Assembly (NCBI GenBank): GCA_964391975.1
Contig: CAYMNZ010000001.1
Span: 262,978-326,977, forward strand
DNA from: an uncultured Candidatus Saccharibacteria bacterium
Lineage (GTDB): Bacteria; Patescibacteriota; Minisyncoccia; Phycocordibacterales; Phycocordibacteraceae
Reading direction: 5' to 3'
Length of the DNA: 64,000 bases
Shown here: piece by piece, positions 31,492 to 41,486 of the stretch
Layout: every line of letters starts with the position of its first letter
Position numbering within the stretch: position 1 is the stretch's first letter
Program-made: the position numbers and the translations under genes
Notes under the pieces: generated by a model
Databases searched by the model: none
Seen by the model: only the letters and a program-made list of their open reading frames with translations
Told to the model about the DNA's origin: nothing

Positions 31492-32568
31492 ATGGCTCCG
31501 AAAGCTAAAACTCCAAAGAAAACGCGCGCAAAAGCTGCCTCCACAGCTTCCTTCACGTTCGACGCGCTTACGCTCTCCAAACAGCTGTTGGCCGATATCT
31601 CAGACCGCGCCCGCGAGGTTCTCTCACTACGCTTTGGACTTGGATCCAAGAACACGCGCGAGACGCTTGAAGCAATTGGCGAGCGCTGGGGCATCACCCG
31701 CGAGCGTGTGCGCCAGATTGAAGCGTCCGGGATTGAATCCATTCGCTCCTCAAAGGCATTTAAGGATTCTGAAGAGGCCTTCGATGAGCTTTCTACGTAT
31801 GTTGCTTCTCTTGGAGCTATCGTTCCAGAAGATATGCTTCTCTCCGAGCTATCCTCTGACGAGAAGAGTCGCAATGCATTTCGGTTTCTCTTGGTAGTAG
31901 GAAGTTCCTTTTTCCGTGAACGTGAGACCGAACATTTCTATGCTCGTTGGCATGTTGACCACAAAACTGCTGCCAAGGTGCACGGTGCACTTTCAAAACT
32001 CTATACATCACTCTCTGATGATGAGGTACTTTCCGAAAGTGAACTCTTTGAACGCTTCCTAGGGGAGCTTAAGGATGTGAGTACCGCCTATCACAACGAG
32101 GAGGTTTTGAAGCGTTGGCTCTCTCTTTCAAAAACCATCGACAAGAACCCGCTCTCTGAGTGGGGTCGTGCACACGCACCCGTCATTCGCACCAAGGGCA
32201 TTCGCGATTATGCGTACCTAGTCATCAAGCGTGCCAACGCCCCAATGCACTTCAAGGAGGTTGCGAGCGCCATCACTGAGCTTTTTGCCAAGAAAGCACA
32301 CGTAGCAACCACCCACAACGAACTCATGAAGGACAATCGTTTTGTGCTTGTTGGTCGTGGACTCTACGCGCTTGCAGAATGGGGCTTTGAGCCGGGTGTG
32401 GTGCGCGATGTTATCAAGGAGATACTCAAGAAGCGCGCGCTTTCTCGTGAGGAAGTCATCAGTGAGGTAAAAAAGAAGCGCTATGTGAAGGACAACACCA
32501 TTTTGGTGAATCTCAACGACTCTCGCTACTTCAAACGTCAGAAGGACGGAACCTACTCGATCGCCTAG
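31492..32568 (+). CDS. Lys-rich tail + sigma-70 region 4 HTH + HARE-HTH (RNAP delta-like) domain protein
   Basis: N-terminus PKAKTPKKTRAKAAS. LRFGLG...TLEAIGERWGITRERVRQIEA matches RpoD region 4.2. The C-terminus (HFKEVASAITELF...DNRFVLVGRGLYALAEWGF) resembles HARE-HTH. Confidence 0.55.
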   Translation: MAPKAKTPKKTRAKAASTASFTFDALTLSKQLLADISDRAREVLSLRFGLGSKNTRETLEAIGERWGITRERVRQIEASGIESIRSSKAFKDSEEAFDELSTYVASLGAIVPEDMLLSELSSDEKSRNAFRFLLVVGSSFFRERETEHFYARWHVDHKTAAKVHGALSKLYTSLSDDEVLSESELFERFLGELKDVSTAYHNEEVLKRWLSLSKTIDKNPLSEWGRAHAPVIRTKGIRDYAYLVIKRANAPMHFKEVASAITELFAKKAHVATTHNELMKDNRFVLVGRGLYALAEWGFEPGVVRDVIKEILKKRALSREEVISEVKKKRYVKDNTILVNLNDSRYFKRQKDGTYSIA

Positions 32569-32577
32569 ACTGCACAA

Positions 32578-32599
32578 CCGCCCGGAGGGGCGGTTTTTT
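32578..32599 (+). terminator. intrinsic terminator
   Basis: CCGCCC-GGAG-GGGCGG hairpin followed by TTTTTT. Confidence 0.65.
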
Positions 32600-32616
32600 C
32601 TTGCTATACTTGCCGC

Positions 32617-33966
32617 ATGTCGAGCAGCGGACACGGCGGGGGCGGGCCAATGAGGCTTCCGGGCCTGCATTCAATCGAACACTTCGTCGAGCAGACGAAC
32701 GATGGTGCCGGTGTGTACATTCCTGGATGGGGTCTGATGACCTCATTTGTTATTCTGCTCTTTCTGTTTTTTGCGCTTTCTCCTGCGCAGACGCTTGCTA
32801 ACTTCAATCTTCTTTTCTTCCTTTCACCGATTTGGATAACTTGGTTGCTTGGCCGTTGGGCTATTTTCTCCTTCGTAAAATGGCGCCGCGCCGTCTGGAG
32901 CACGCAGTGGGAGTGGGTATTGCTTGAGATCCGCATCCCACACGACAACATCCGTACACCAGCGTCGATGGAGGCATTCTTCCAATCTCTCCACATCCCG
33001 GCTGGACAGGGAACGTGGTACAAGCGACACGTGTTCGGACGCACCCGTGACTGGTGGAGCTTTGAAATTGCCTCAGTGGAAGGAAAGGTGCGTTTCTACG
33101 TCTGGACCCGTCAGCGTATTCGCCGCGCAACGGAGAGTTTCCTCTACGCACAATACCCAGACATCGAAATTATCGAAGCTGAGGATTACAGCCGTCTCAT
33201 CAACCCGTCGCACGGAGATTGGAACATGTTTGCCTGTGAATACATGTTCACCAAGCCTTCGCCATACCCAATCAAAACCTATGTGCAGTACGGCAACGAC
33301 CGCCCGCATGTGCAGGACCAGGCGTATGTTGACCCCTTTGCAAACGTTATTGAAATGCTCGGTGCGCTTGGTAAGGGTGAGCAGTTCTGGCTGCAGATTA
33401 TCTGCCGTGCAACTCGCCACGATACACAGCATGGGAAGGGAACTATCAAAGAGCAGGCGAAGGCACTTGTTGATGATTTGAGGCGTGAGGCAGCCAAGTT
33501 GAACCCCATGGGCTTCCCGAACGCCAGTCCGGGCATGATGCTCCAGATGGAAGCCATTGAACGAAACGTCGGTAAGTTAAGTTACGACGTTGGTATTCGT
33601 AGCATTTACTTTGCTAAGCCCGATAAGTTTGTTGGCATGATGGCCGGTATCGCCGTGCAGCTCATGAAGGTCTACAACTCTGAGATTTTCAACGGTCTCG
33701 TGCCAGCACCGCTGTGGTCTGAGAAATTCAACGACTATCCTTGGGAAGACATCGGCGGGAGGCGTCAGGCTCGTGAAATGCATGAGGTGGTCGAAATGTA
33801 CCGCAGGCGCTCCTATTTCCATCCACCCTACAGGGGTCCATGGCTAGTGATGAGCGTTGAGGAGCTTGCTACCATCTTCCATATTCCAACCAAGCACGTA
33901 CAAACACCGGGTCTTGAGCGTAAAGAGACCTCCACCGGGAAGCCGCCGACTAACCTTCCACTCTAG
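32617..33966 (+). CDS. hypothetical membrane protein (449 aa)
   Basis: Gly-rich N-terminus, 2-3 TM helices and a large soluble domain. No homology recognised. Confidence 0.45.
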   Translation: MSSSGHGGGGPMRLPGLHSIEHFVEQTNDGAGVYIPGWGLMTSFVILLFLFFALSPAQTLANFNLLFFLSPIWITWLLGRWAIFSFVKWRRAVWSTQWEWVLLEIRIPHDNIRTPASMEAFFQSLHIPAGQGTWYKRHVFGRTRDWWSFEIASVEGKVRFYVWTRQRIRRATESFLYAQYPDIEIIEAEDYSRLINPSHGDWNMFACEYMFTKPSPYPIKTYVQYGNDRPHVQDQAYVDPFANVIEMLGALGKGEQFWLQIICRATRHDTQHGKGTIKEQAKALVDDLRREAAKLNPMGFPNASPGMMLQMEAIERNVGKLSYDVGIRSIYFAKPDKFVGMMAGIAVQLMKVYNSEIFNGLVPAPLWSEKFNDYPWEDIGGRRQAREMHEVVEMYRRRSYFHPPYRGPWLVMSVEELATIFHIPTKHVQTPGLERKETSTGKPPTNLPL

Positions 33967-33972
33967 AGGCGC

Positions 33973-34971
33973 ATGCGTTCTATCTTTGACTATCTCTGCG
34001 CAGCCTTTGAGCTTCATTGCGCGCGGATGCGCTATGTCTACGGAACACTCCTTCTGGCGCTTATGGTGGGTGGGATTGCAGTGTGGTACTTCCTGCTTCT
34101 GCCACCGTCCCCATTTCCAGTGGGAACAATCATTGAAATCGAAGAGAACTCCTCACTCTATGAGGTGGCCCAGGAACTTAAGAGTGGAGGCTATATCGAG
34201 TCAGAGATTGCCTTTCTTGCACTCATGCGGCTTACCGGTCGTGAGAACAGTGTGCAGGCAGGTCTCTATGTGTTCAAGCAACCCTATGGACTCTTAACCA
34301 TCGCCGATAGGCTTGCCCGGGGCGTCTCAGGTGTGCCGACGGTTCGCATTCGCATACAGGAAGGGCAGACGGCTCGAGAGGTTGGAGAACAGCTCTCAGC
34401 CAAGATTGAAGGGTTTGATATTGCGACCTTTGATCCGAAGGCCCGTGCGCTTGAGGGGTACCTATTCCCGGACACCTACGAGATTCTTCCGGACGAGACA
34501 CCTGACGAGATACTCGAGCGTTTCTACGAGACGTTCCTAAGGCGCACTGAAGGCATCGAAGAGGAGATTGTCGCATTCGACCATCCGCTCCGAGATGTGC
34601 TTACGATGGCCTCGCTTATCGAGCGCGAGGCCCGTGGTCTTTCTGAGAAGCGTATGGTCTCCGGGGTTCTTTGGAACCGCATTGAGATTGGCATGCCACT
34701 TCAGGTGGATGCGGTGTTTGGGTATATAAAAGATACGCAAACCTACAGCCCTTCTTTTGATGACTTGGAGATAGAGTCGCCTTACAACACGTATCGCAAC
34801 AAGGGACTTCCGCCGGGACCAATTGCCAACCCTGGTGTGAATTCTATTCTTGCTGCGGTGACACCTACTGAAACTGAGTATCTCTATTACCTCACCGGTC
34901 GCGATGGGAAGATGTATTACGCGGAGACCTTCGAAGAGCACAAGGCAAACAGGGCAAGGTATCTTGATTAG
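33973..34971 (+). CDS. mltG: endolytic murein transglycosylase MltG (YceG family)
   Basis: N-terminal TM helix and the YceG core (LPPGPIANPG...YLYY). Confidence 0.8.
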   Translation: MRSIFDYLCAAFELHCARMRYVYGTLLLALMVGGIAVWYFLLLPPSPFPVGTIIEIEENSSLYEVAQELKSGGYIESEIAFLALMRLTGRENSVQAGLYVFKQPYGLLTIADRLARGVSGVPTVRIRIQEGQTAREVGEQLSAKIEGFDIATFDPKARALEGYLFPDTYEILPDETPDEILERFYETFLRRTEGIEEEIVAFDHPLRDVLTMASLIEREARGLSEKRMVSGVLWNRIEIGMPLQVDAVFGYIKDTQTYSPSFDDLEIESPYNTYRNKGLPPGPIANPGVNSILAAVTPTETEYLYYLTGRDGKMYYAETFEEHKANRARYLD

Positions 34972-34985
34972 GCTATACTTTTTGT

Positions 34986-35246
34986 ATGACAGAAGAACGT
35001 CCAGTGAGGCAGAACGAGGACACGGTAGAGCAGGTTACTGCCAAGATTGCCCGGAATGCGGGGGAAGTTGAAGCTATTAAGGACACGCTTGCAGGACGAG
35101 CAGCAGCCCGAAGGGAGTTCAGCAGGCAAGGCAGGGGAGCGCTGGAACCACACCCTCTCGATAGTTACGGTCTGCCGGGTAGGCTCAGGCTACTTGAAAG
35201 TGAGCAAAAGAGGTTGGCTGAACGGAAAAAGGAGCTCGAGGGCTAG
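34986..35246 (+). CDS. small hypothetical protein
   Basis: 86 aa ORF. Weak. Confidence 0.25.
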   Translation: MTEERPVRQNEDTVEQVTAKIARNAGEVEAIKDTLAGRAAARREFSRQGRGALEPHPLDSYGLPGRLRLLESEQKRLAERKKELEG

Positions 35247-35254
35247 TATGCTGA

Positions 35255-35285
35255 TTAAGCCTTTTTAAGGTATACTTAGGCTTAG
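35255..35285 (+). promoter_or_regulatory. imperfect inverted repeat overlapping a TATACT -10 box upstream of purL
   Basis: TTAAGCCT-N14-TAGGCTTAG flanks TATACT (35271-35276). Lies 19 nt before the purL ATG. Confidence 0.3.
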
Positions 35286-35303
35286 CAATAGCGACTGATA
35301 CGC

Positions 35304-38243
35304 ATGGCGCATCGCATCACCGTAGAGTCCGTCGCCGAGAGGGCGCGCGCCGGAAGCATACAGGCAATGCTTAGAGAGCGGTTTCCGAAGGCTAGGGTTC
35401 GGGGCGTCTCGGTCACCAACTCCTATACGATTGATAAGACGCTTTCTGCACGCGATCAGAAGGCAGTTTCTGCTGCGCTCACCAATTCCGTCATCGACAA
35501 GGCATCTTTTACTAAGGTCCTGGCGCCTGAAAAGTTCGCCGTTGCCATTGAGATTGGCTTTCTTCCGGGAGTGACCGACAACGTAGGCAACACGGTTCGA
35601 CAGATGGTTGAAGACGCCACGGGAAAGAAATTCAAAGGAAATGAGCATGTCTACTCGTCTCTCTTTGTTTTCCTTGAAGGAACGGTAAGCGAAGAGGAGG
35701 CTAAGAGTATGGCGCTCGAGCTCCACAACCCGCTTATTGAGGAAGCGATTGTGACGCCCAATTGGGAGTGGAAGCGTGGTCGCGTCCAGCTGCGTATCCC
35801 TAAGGTGGCCCTAACGGGTTCCACTCGCGTCGATACGGTTGACCTCCATGTTTCGGACGAGGAACTTCTGAAGATTGGCAAGGAAGGCATTATGGGCGAA
35901 GACGGCATACGTCGAGGACCGCTCGCCCTTTCCGTTCACGAACTCGTTGCTATCCGCACATATTTTGATTCTCTCGGTCGTCTTCCAACCGACGTGGAGC
36001 TCGAGGCACTTGCTCAGACCTGGTCGGAGCATTGCCAGCACACCATTTTCAATGACCCACTTGATGATATAGAGGAAGGTATTTATCGTCGGTACATCAA
36101 AGGAGCTACCAACGAGATTCGCCGGAAGAAAGGGAAGAAGGATTTCTGTGTTTCGGTGTTTAAAGACAACTCTGGTGCCATTGCCTTCAATGAGGACTAT
36201 CTGGTCACCCATAAGATGGAGACGCACAATTCTCCTTCAGCACTTGATCCCTACGGAGGGGCGATGACCGGTATCGTTGGTGTGAACCGCGACACCCTTG
36301 GCTTCGGACTTGGTGCTAAGCCAATCGCGAACCTCTATGGCTTTTGCATTGGCAGGCCCGAGGACACACGTCCGCTGTATCGTGATGCCAAGCTTACAGA
36401 ACGGCTCCTTCCACCACGGCGTATTCTTGAAGGAGTTGTGCGTGGGGTGAATGGTGGAGGTAACCAAAGCGGGATTCCAACCCCACTTGGCTTTGTGTAT
36501 GCGGATGACAGCTACCGCGGAAAACCGTTGGTGTTTGCTGGTACCGTTGGTCTTATTCCACGAAAGAGTGGAAAACGTGAGTTGTTTACCAAACAGGCAA
36601 AGCCTGGCGATTACATTGTGATGATTGGCGGACGGGTTGGTCTCGACGGCATTCATGGGGCAACATTCTCTTCCGAAGCACTACGCGCAGGAAGTCCTGC
36701 GACTGCCGTTCAGATTGGTGACCCTATTACTCAGAAGCGCTTCTCTGACGCCATTATTCGCGAAGCACGTGATTTAGGTCTCTACAACAGTTTGACCGAC
36801 AACGGTGCAGGGGGGCTCTCCTCAAGCATTGGTGAGATGGCGAAGGAGGCGGGCGGATGCGATGTGGACCTTGCAAGTGTTCCAACGAAATACCCAGGAC
36901 TCGCTCCGTGGCAGATATGGATTTCTGAGTCTCAGGAGCGCATGACGCTTTCGGTTCCAAAGAAGAATTGGAAGAAACTCAAAGCTATCTTTGATAAGCA
37001 TGGGGTAGAAGCAACGCGCATTGGTGAATACACAAAGACGGGAAATTGCGTTGTACGATTTGGCACTAAGAAAGTCCTCGACGTCGGGCTTGAGTTCCTG
37101 CACGAGGGGCGTCCGAAGATGCGCCAGGAAAGCCTCGAAGTGCACGCAGTAGAAGTTCCTCTTCCTGCCGAGAAGAAGGCGAATCACGCAAAGACACTTC
37201 TTACACTCCTTTCGAGTCCAAACATTGGAAGCTACGAATTCATCTCAACTCAGTACGATCATGAGGTCCAGGGTATGTCGGTGACAAAGCCACTTCAGGG
37301 TCCAGGCCGCGTTAATGCTGATGTCGGCATTCTAAAACCTCTGGTTAATGACAATCGAGGTGTCGTCCTCTCGCACGGCTACGCTCCTTCCTACAGCGAG
37401 CTCGATACCTACGACATGGCCGCTGCTTCTATCGATACAGCAGTTCGTAATGCGGTTGCAGCCGGCGCTACGCTCGACCACCTCGCTATCCTCGATAACT
37501 TCTGCTGGTCTTCTTCCAAGGACCCAGAGCGCCTTGGGCAGCTTAAGGAAGCAGCACGCGCCTGCTACGAGGTTGCCGTCGCGTACGGTACACCCTACAT
37601 CTCCGGTAAAGACAGCATGTTCAACGATTTCCGAGGTTTCGACAACAAGGGTGAGCCACTTCACATTGCAGCGCTTCCAACACTCTTGGTTTCTGCAATC
37701 GGCGTAATGAAAGATGTGCGTAAGGCGGTCACCATGGACCTCGCTGCAGTTGGGGACACGATGTATCTCATTGGTGAAACCAAGGAAGAATTGGGAGGCA
37801 GCGAGTACGCTCGCTCCTTGGGACTCTCTGGTGGCTCTGTCCCACGGACTGACACTAAGAAGAACTTCGCTGCCTACCGGGCACTTGAGAAGGCCATCAA
37901 TGCTCGCTTGGTTGCTAACGCGCTCGGCCTGTCTCGTGGAGGACTCGCTGTTGCGGCGGCCAAGATGGCAATGGCAGGAAATCGAGGCATGAATCTTGCG
38001 CTTCCTTCAGGAGATGCTCGTACACTCCTCTTCTCTGAGAGCCAGGGACGTGTGCTTGTTGCCGTTCCAAAGGGCAAGGGAAAGAAGTTCGAAGCACTCT
38101 TCAAAGGGGTGGCACTCCGAAAGCTTGGTACGGTCACCGAGAAGAAGGAGTTGGTGCTTAAGGCAGGGGGGACGAATGTGAAGCTCGCGATTCCTGAACT
38201 TCTACGGGCATACCGTAAACCGTTTAAGAAATTCGACGTATGA
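35304..38243 (+). CDS. purL: phosphoribosylformylglycinamidine synthase, PurS-PurL fusion
   Basis: The N-terminal ~80 aa are PurS-like and the remainder is PurL (small-type FGAM synthase II). 979 aa. Confidence 0.9.
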   Translation: MAHRITVESVAERARAGSIQAMLRERFPKARVRGVSVTNSYTIDKTLSARDQKAVSAALTNSVIDKASFTKVLAPEKFAVAIEIGFLPGVTDNVGNTVRQMVEDATGKKFKGNEHVYSSLFVFLEGTVSEEEAKSMALELHNPLIEEAIVTPNWEWKRGRVQLRIPKVALTGSTRVDTVDLHVSDEELLKIGKEGIMGEDGIRRGPLALSVHELVAIRTYFDSLGRLPTDVELEALAQTWSEHCQHTIFNDPLDDIEEGIYRRYIKGATNEIRRKKGKKDFCVSVFKDNSGAIAFNEDYLVTHKMETHNSPSALDPYGGAMTGIVGVNRDTLGFGLGAKPIANLYGFCIGRPEDTRPLYRDAKLTERLLPPRRILEGVVRGVNGGGNQSGIPTPLGFVYADDSYRGKPLVFAGTVGLIPRKSGKRELFTKQAKPGDYIVMIGGRVGLDGIHGATFSSEALRAGSPATAVQIGDPITQKRFSDAIIREARDLGLYNSLTDNGAGGLSSSIGEMAKEAGGCDVDLASVPTKYPGLAPWQIWISESQERMTLSVPKKNWKKLKAIFDKHGVEATRIGEYTKTGNCVVRFGTKKVLDVGLEFLHEGRPKMRQESLEVHAVEVPLPAEKKANHAKTLLTLLSSPNIGSYEFISTQYDHEVQGMSVTKPLQGPGRVNADVGILKPLVNDNRGVVLSHGYAPSYSELDTYDMAAASIDTAVRNAVAAGATLDHLAILDNFCWSSSKDPERLGQLKEAARACYEVAVAYGTPYISGKDSMFNDFRGFDNKGEPLHIAALPTLLVSAIGVMKDVRKAVTMDLAAVGDTMYLIGETKEELGGSEYARSLGLSGGSVPRTDTKKNFAAYRALEKAINARLVANALGLSRGGLAVAAAKMAMAGNRGMNLALPSGDARTLLFSESQGRVLVAVPKGKGKKFEALFKGVALRKLGTVTEKKELVLKAGGTNVKLAIPELLRAYRKPFKKFDV

Positions 38244-39010
38244 AAAAACCACGCATACTCATATTCTCGGGCTACGGTCTCAACTGCGAAGACGAAGCAA
38301 AGATTGCCTTTGAGGAGGTAGGCGGTGTCGCTGACATCGTGCACTTGGAGGACATCATTGCGAAACCTTCGATGTTGAAGAAATATCAGATTATTGTGTT
38401 CCCTGGAGGATTCTCCTATGGAGATGATGCTGGTTCAGGGAAAGCGTACGGAAAACGTGTTGCTCACCACCTTAAAAAAGAACTTCAGGAGTTCCTTTCC
38501 CGCGATACGCTCATGGCAGGTATCTGCAATGGATTCCAGGTCATCACGAGCGCTGGTATTCTCCCGGGAGCACTCATCGCCAACGATTCAGCTAAGCTTA
38601 TCTGCCGTTGGGTAGACATGGAGGTAGTTGGAGATTCTCCCTGGTTGACTGGCATCAAGACGCTCTCAGTTCCAATTGGACACGGCGAGGGTAAGTACTT
38701 CGACACCGAGAAGAATCTTGATGCGCTCGAGAAGGCTGGGCGGGTAGTGCTTAAATACAGCAAGGGAAAGATGGCGAAGTGCTTTAGTCTGCCAGGTAAC
38801 CCGAATGGTTCTCTTCGAGATATTGCTGGTATTACTGGGTACGAGGGACGGGTTATCGGACTGATGCCACACCCAGAACGCGGAAGCTTCTTTACCCAGC
38901 AGCCGCACTGGACCTACCTTCGCGAGAAGTACGAGCGGGAGGGGAAGAAGCTTCCGAAGTACGCAGAGGGCATCGAGGTGTTCCGGAATGCCGTTAATTA
39001 CTTCAAATAG
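38240..39010 (+). CDS. purQ: phosphoribosylformylglycinamidine synthase glutaminase subunit
   Basis: Class I GATase with GICNGFQ. Confidence 0.9.
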   Translation: MKKPRILIFSGYGLNCEDEAKIAFEEVGGVADIVHLEDIIAKPSMLKKYQIIVFPGGFSYGDDAGSGKAYGKRVAHHLKKELQEFLSRDTLMAGICNGFQVITSAGILPGALIANDSAKLICRWVDMEVVGDSPWLTGIKTLSVPIGHGEGKYFDTEKNLDALEKAGRVVLKYSKGKMAKCFSLPGNPNGSLRDIAGITGYEGRVIGLMPHPERGSFFTQQPHWTYLREKYEREGKKLPKYAEGIEVFRNAVNYFK

Positions 39011-39011
39011 T

Positions 39012-39836
39012 ATGAATCTTCTCGACTCAATCGCAGCATCCCGAAAGCTCGCGACGGAGTCGATGCGTCAGACACTGTCAATTCTCCCTGGTTCGACAGA
39101 AATTGAGTTCAAAGACGCACTTCTTGCCAACCTTCGTTCGCACAAGGAATTCTATCCTTCGGGTTGGTACGCTCCTCCTCCCGATGGAGTGTGTGTACTT
39201 TTTGACAACCAACCTTTCACTCGACTTCAGTTCGATACTATTCGAGACGAGAAGTACTGGCCAGGAGATTCAAGGTTCAGTTCGGAATCCGTCGGCATCG
39301 TCTATTGTTCTCCGGTGAATATGAAGACAAGCATGATTGGCGACACTGGCCTAACTCTCTATACCGGGGAGAATCTTGAGATTCAGGCACATATCCGAAA
39401 CTGTTACGACGCGATGCTTGCCGCTGCAGACCTTGCGCAGGTTGGAATGCGTTTCAACGACCTTTACACGCTAGCTATGAAAACATTCGTTGATCACGGA
39501 CTTACTATCGGTTGGATGACCACGGAACACGATGCCACTAAGGGCGTCAACCTTGGGCATACCATTCCGGGCTCATACGGGGAACCGCTTCCGTCCGGGG
39601 ACTTCGAGGAAACCAAAGAAGCAATACGGAGCCGACGGATCTATATAAATCCTGTCGAACTCTTTGAGATTCCGGAGACCTGCGCCTTCACCTTCGAGTC
39701 CCGCCTTACCGATATGAGTCTTACCCAGCCAAACGTGTTCTTCCACATGGTGGTTTCTTTCTCGGGCGGGGAGAGGAAAACCATCACTGGATTTGATGGT
39801 ATATTCGGTGATATAGGAATGAAATACATGCTATGA
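39012..39836 (+). CDS. hypothetical protein embedded in the pur operon
   Basis: Start moved to the ATG 2 nt after the purQ stop. No recognisable domain. Confidence 0.4.
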   Translation: MNLLDSIAASRKLATESMRQTLSILPGSTEIEFKDALLANLRSHKEFYPSGWYAPPPDGVCVLFDNQPFTRLQFDTIRDEKYWPGDSRFSSESVGIVYCSPVNMKTSMIGDTGLTLYTGENLEIQAHIRNCYDAMLAAADLAQVGMRFNDLYTLAMKTFVDHGLTIGWMTTEHDATKGVNLGHTIPGSYGEPLPSGDFEETKEAIRSRRIYINPVELFEIPETCAFTFESRLTDMSLTQPNVFFHMVVSFSGGERKTITGFDGIFGDIGMKYML

Positions 39837-40357
39837 AAACACTAGTTGGGATTCTCATGGGCTCAGATTCAGACCTTCCGGTCATGCAGGACGCGGTTAA
39901 GGTTTTGGGTGAATTTGGTATCGGCTGCGAAGTACACACCCTCTCAGCACACCGTACGCCTGAGGCGGTTGTTTCCTACGTTGAGGAAAGCGAGAAGGCG
40001 GGTTACAAGGCCTTTATCTGTGCAGCAGGAGGTGCAGCACACCTTGCAGGAGTCGTAGCTGCTCATACCGCGCTTCCAGTCATCGGCGTACCGATTGCCA
40101 ACAAGACTACCGGGGGTATCGATGCCCTGTACTCGACCGTTCAGATGCCTCCTGGCATTCCCGTTGCGACCGTCGCAATCAATGGGGCCAAGAACGCAGG
40201 TATCCTCGCCGCCCAGATAATCGGTTCAGGAGATGATGACATGCGCGCTAAGGTTACGGCTTACAAGGAGAAGATGGCCAAAGACATCACAGCTAAGGAC
40301 CGCGAGCTCCAAGAGAAAGGTGTTGAACAGTATCTGAAGGACAAAGGTCTTGTATGA
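39833..40357 (+). CDS. purE: N5-carboxyaminoimidazole ribonucleotide mutase
   Basis: GSDSDLPVM and the PurE fold. Confidence 0.9.
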   Translation: MKTLVGILMGSDSDLPVMQDAVKVLGEFGIGCEVHTLSAHRTPEAVVSYVEESEKAGYKAFICAAGGAAHLAGVVAAHTALPVIGVPIANKTTGGIDALYSTVQMPPGIPVATVAINGAKNAGILAAQIIGSGDDDMRAKVTAYKEKMAKDITAKDRELQEKGVEQYLKDKGLV

Positions 40358-41472
40358 ACGATAAGAGCGCCTACGCAAAAGCTGGTGTTGATTACACCGT
40401 CATGGAGCCATTCAAGATGGCCATGGTTGACGCAGGTAAGCGTACGCTCACGTTCCCGAACAAACGCGGCGTCTTTATTAACGAGGACGCGATGCATGCT
40501 CATGGCGCAGTGTTCGAATACCGCGGTGAGACTCCCCATATATGGTGCAAGACTCATGAGGATCTTGGTAACAAGAACTGGATAGCGGAGTGGATGTACG
40601 AACGGACAGGTAAGTCCTACTACGATGCCATAGGGATCGACACAGCACTTATCGTCGTAAACGATGTCATCGCACAAGGCGCACTTCCGGTCGTATTCAA
40701 CGATCAGCTTGAAGCAAGCGACAGTTCCTGGTACGGGGACGAAAAGCGTGCGAAGGACCTTGCTGCTGGATTCCTTAAGATCTGCGAAGAAGTTGGTATG
40801 GCGCTTCCTGCCGGAGAATCCGCGAGCGTGAAATACATCGTCAACCCACGGCCGCCTGTGAAGCAGATTGCAACGCTTTCCGGTTCGGTGACCGGCATCG
40901 TGGCACCCAAGGAGCGGCTCGTGACGGGTCGTAAGCTTGCGGCAGGTGACCACATCATCGCCGTAGCGTCTTCAGGCCTCCATGCAAACGGTATCTCTCT
41001 CGTGATTCAAAAGGCGATGGAGTTGCCGGAGGAGTTCCTGACCAAGCTTCCAAGTGGAACTACTATTGGGGACGAAGCGCTCATTCCTACGCGTTCCTAC
41101 GTCGCCTTAGTTGAAAGCTTGCTTGATGCGGGAGTGGACATTCATGCACTTCTTCCTGGAACCGGTGACGCAATAGGAAAAATCGCCTTCGATAAGCGGC
41201 CATACACGTACCGGATTCATTCTTGGCTTCCGATTCCTCCGCTCTTTACGTACTACCGAGAAGCGCTCGGAGTTGAAATCAGGGATTGCCTTAAGACCTT
41301 TAACTGGGGAGCGGGTTACTACGTCTTCGCACCAGCTAATGAGGTCGAGCGGATCCTTTCGATTGGTAAGGCTGCTGGATACGATCTAATGGATGTCGGT
41401 ACTGTTGAGGATGGCAAACGGGAAGTGATTTTTGGACCAGAGAATATTACACTTCCTCCACCGGGGGAATAA
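40354..41472 (+). CDS. purM: phosphoribosylformylglycinamidine cyclo-ligase (AIR synthase)
   Basis: YAKAGVD N-terminus, GLHANG motif and PurM-like N- and C-domains. Confidence 0.75.
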   Translation: MNDKSAYAKAGVDYTVMEPFKMAMVDAGKRTLTFPNKRGVFINEDAMHAHGAVFEYRGETPHIWCKTHEDLGNKNWIAEWMYERTGKSYYDAIGIDTALIVVNDVIAQGALPVVFNDQLEASDSSWYGDEKRAKDLAAGFLKICEEVGMALPAGESASVKYIVNPRPPVKQIATLSGSVTGIVAPKERLVTGRKLAAGDHIIAVASSGLHANGISLVIQKAMELPEEFLTKLPSGTTIGDEALIPTRSYVALVESLLDAGVDIHALLPGTGDAIGKIAFDKRPYTYRIHSWLPIPPLFTYYREALGVEIRDCLKTFNWGAGYYVFAPANEVERILSIGKAAGYDLMDVGTVEDGKREVIFGPENITLPPPGE

Positions 41473-41486
41473 TATAGAATTAACGT

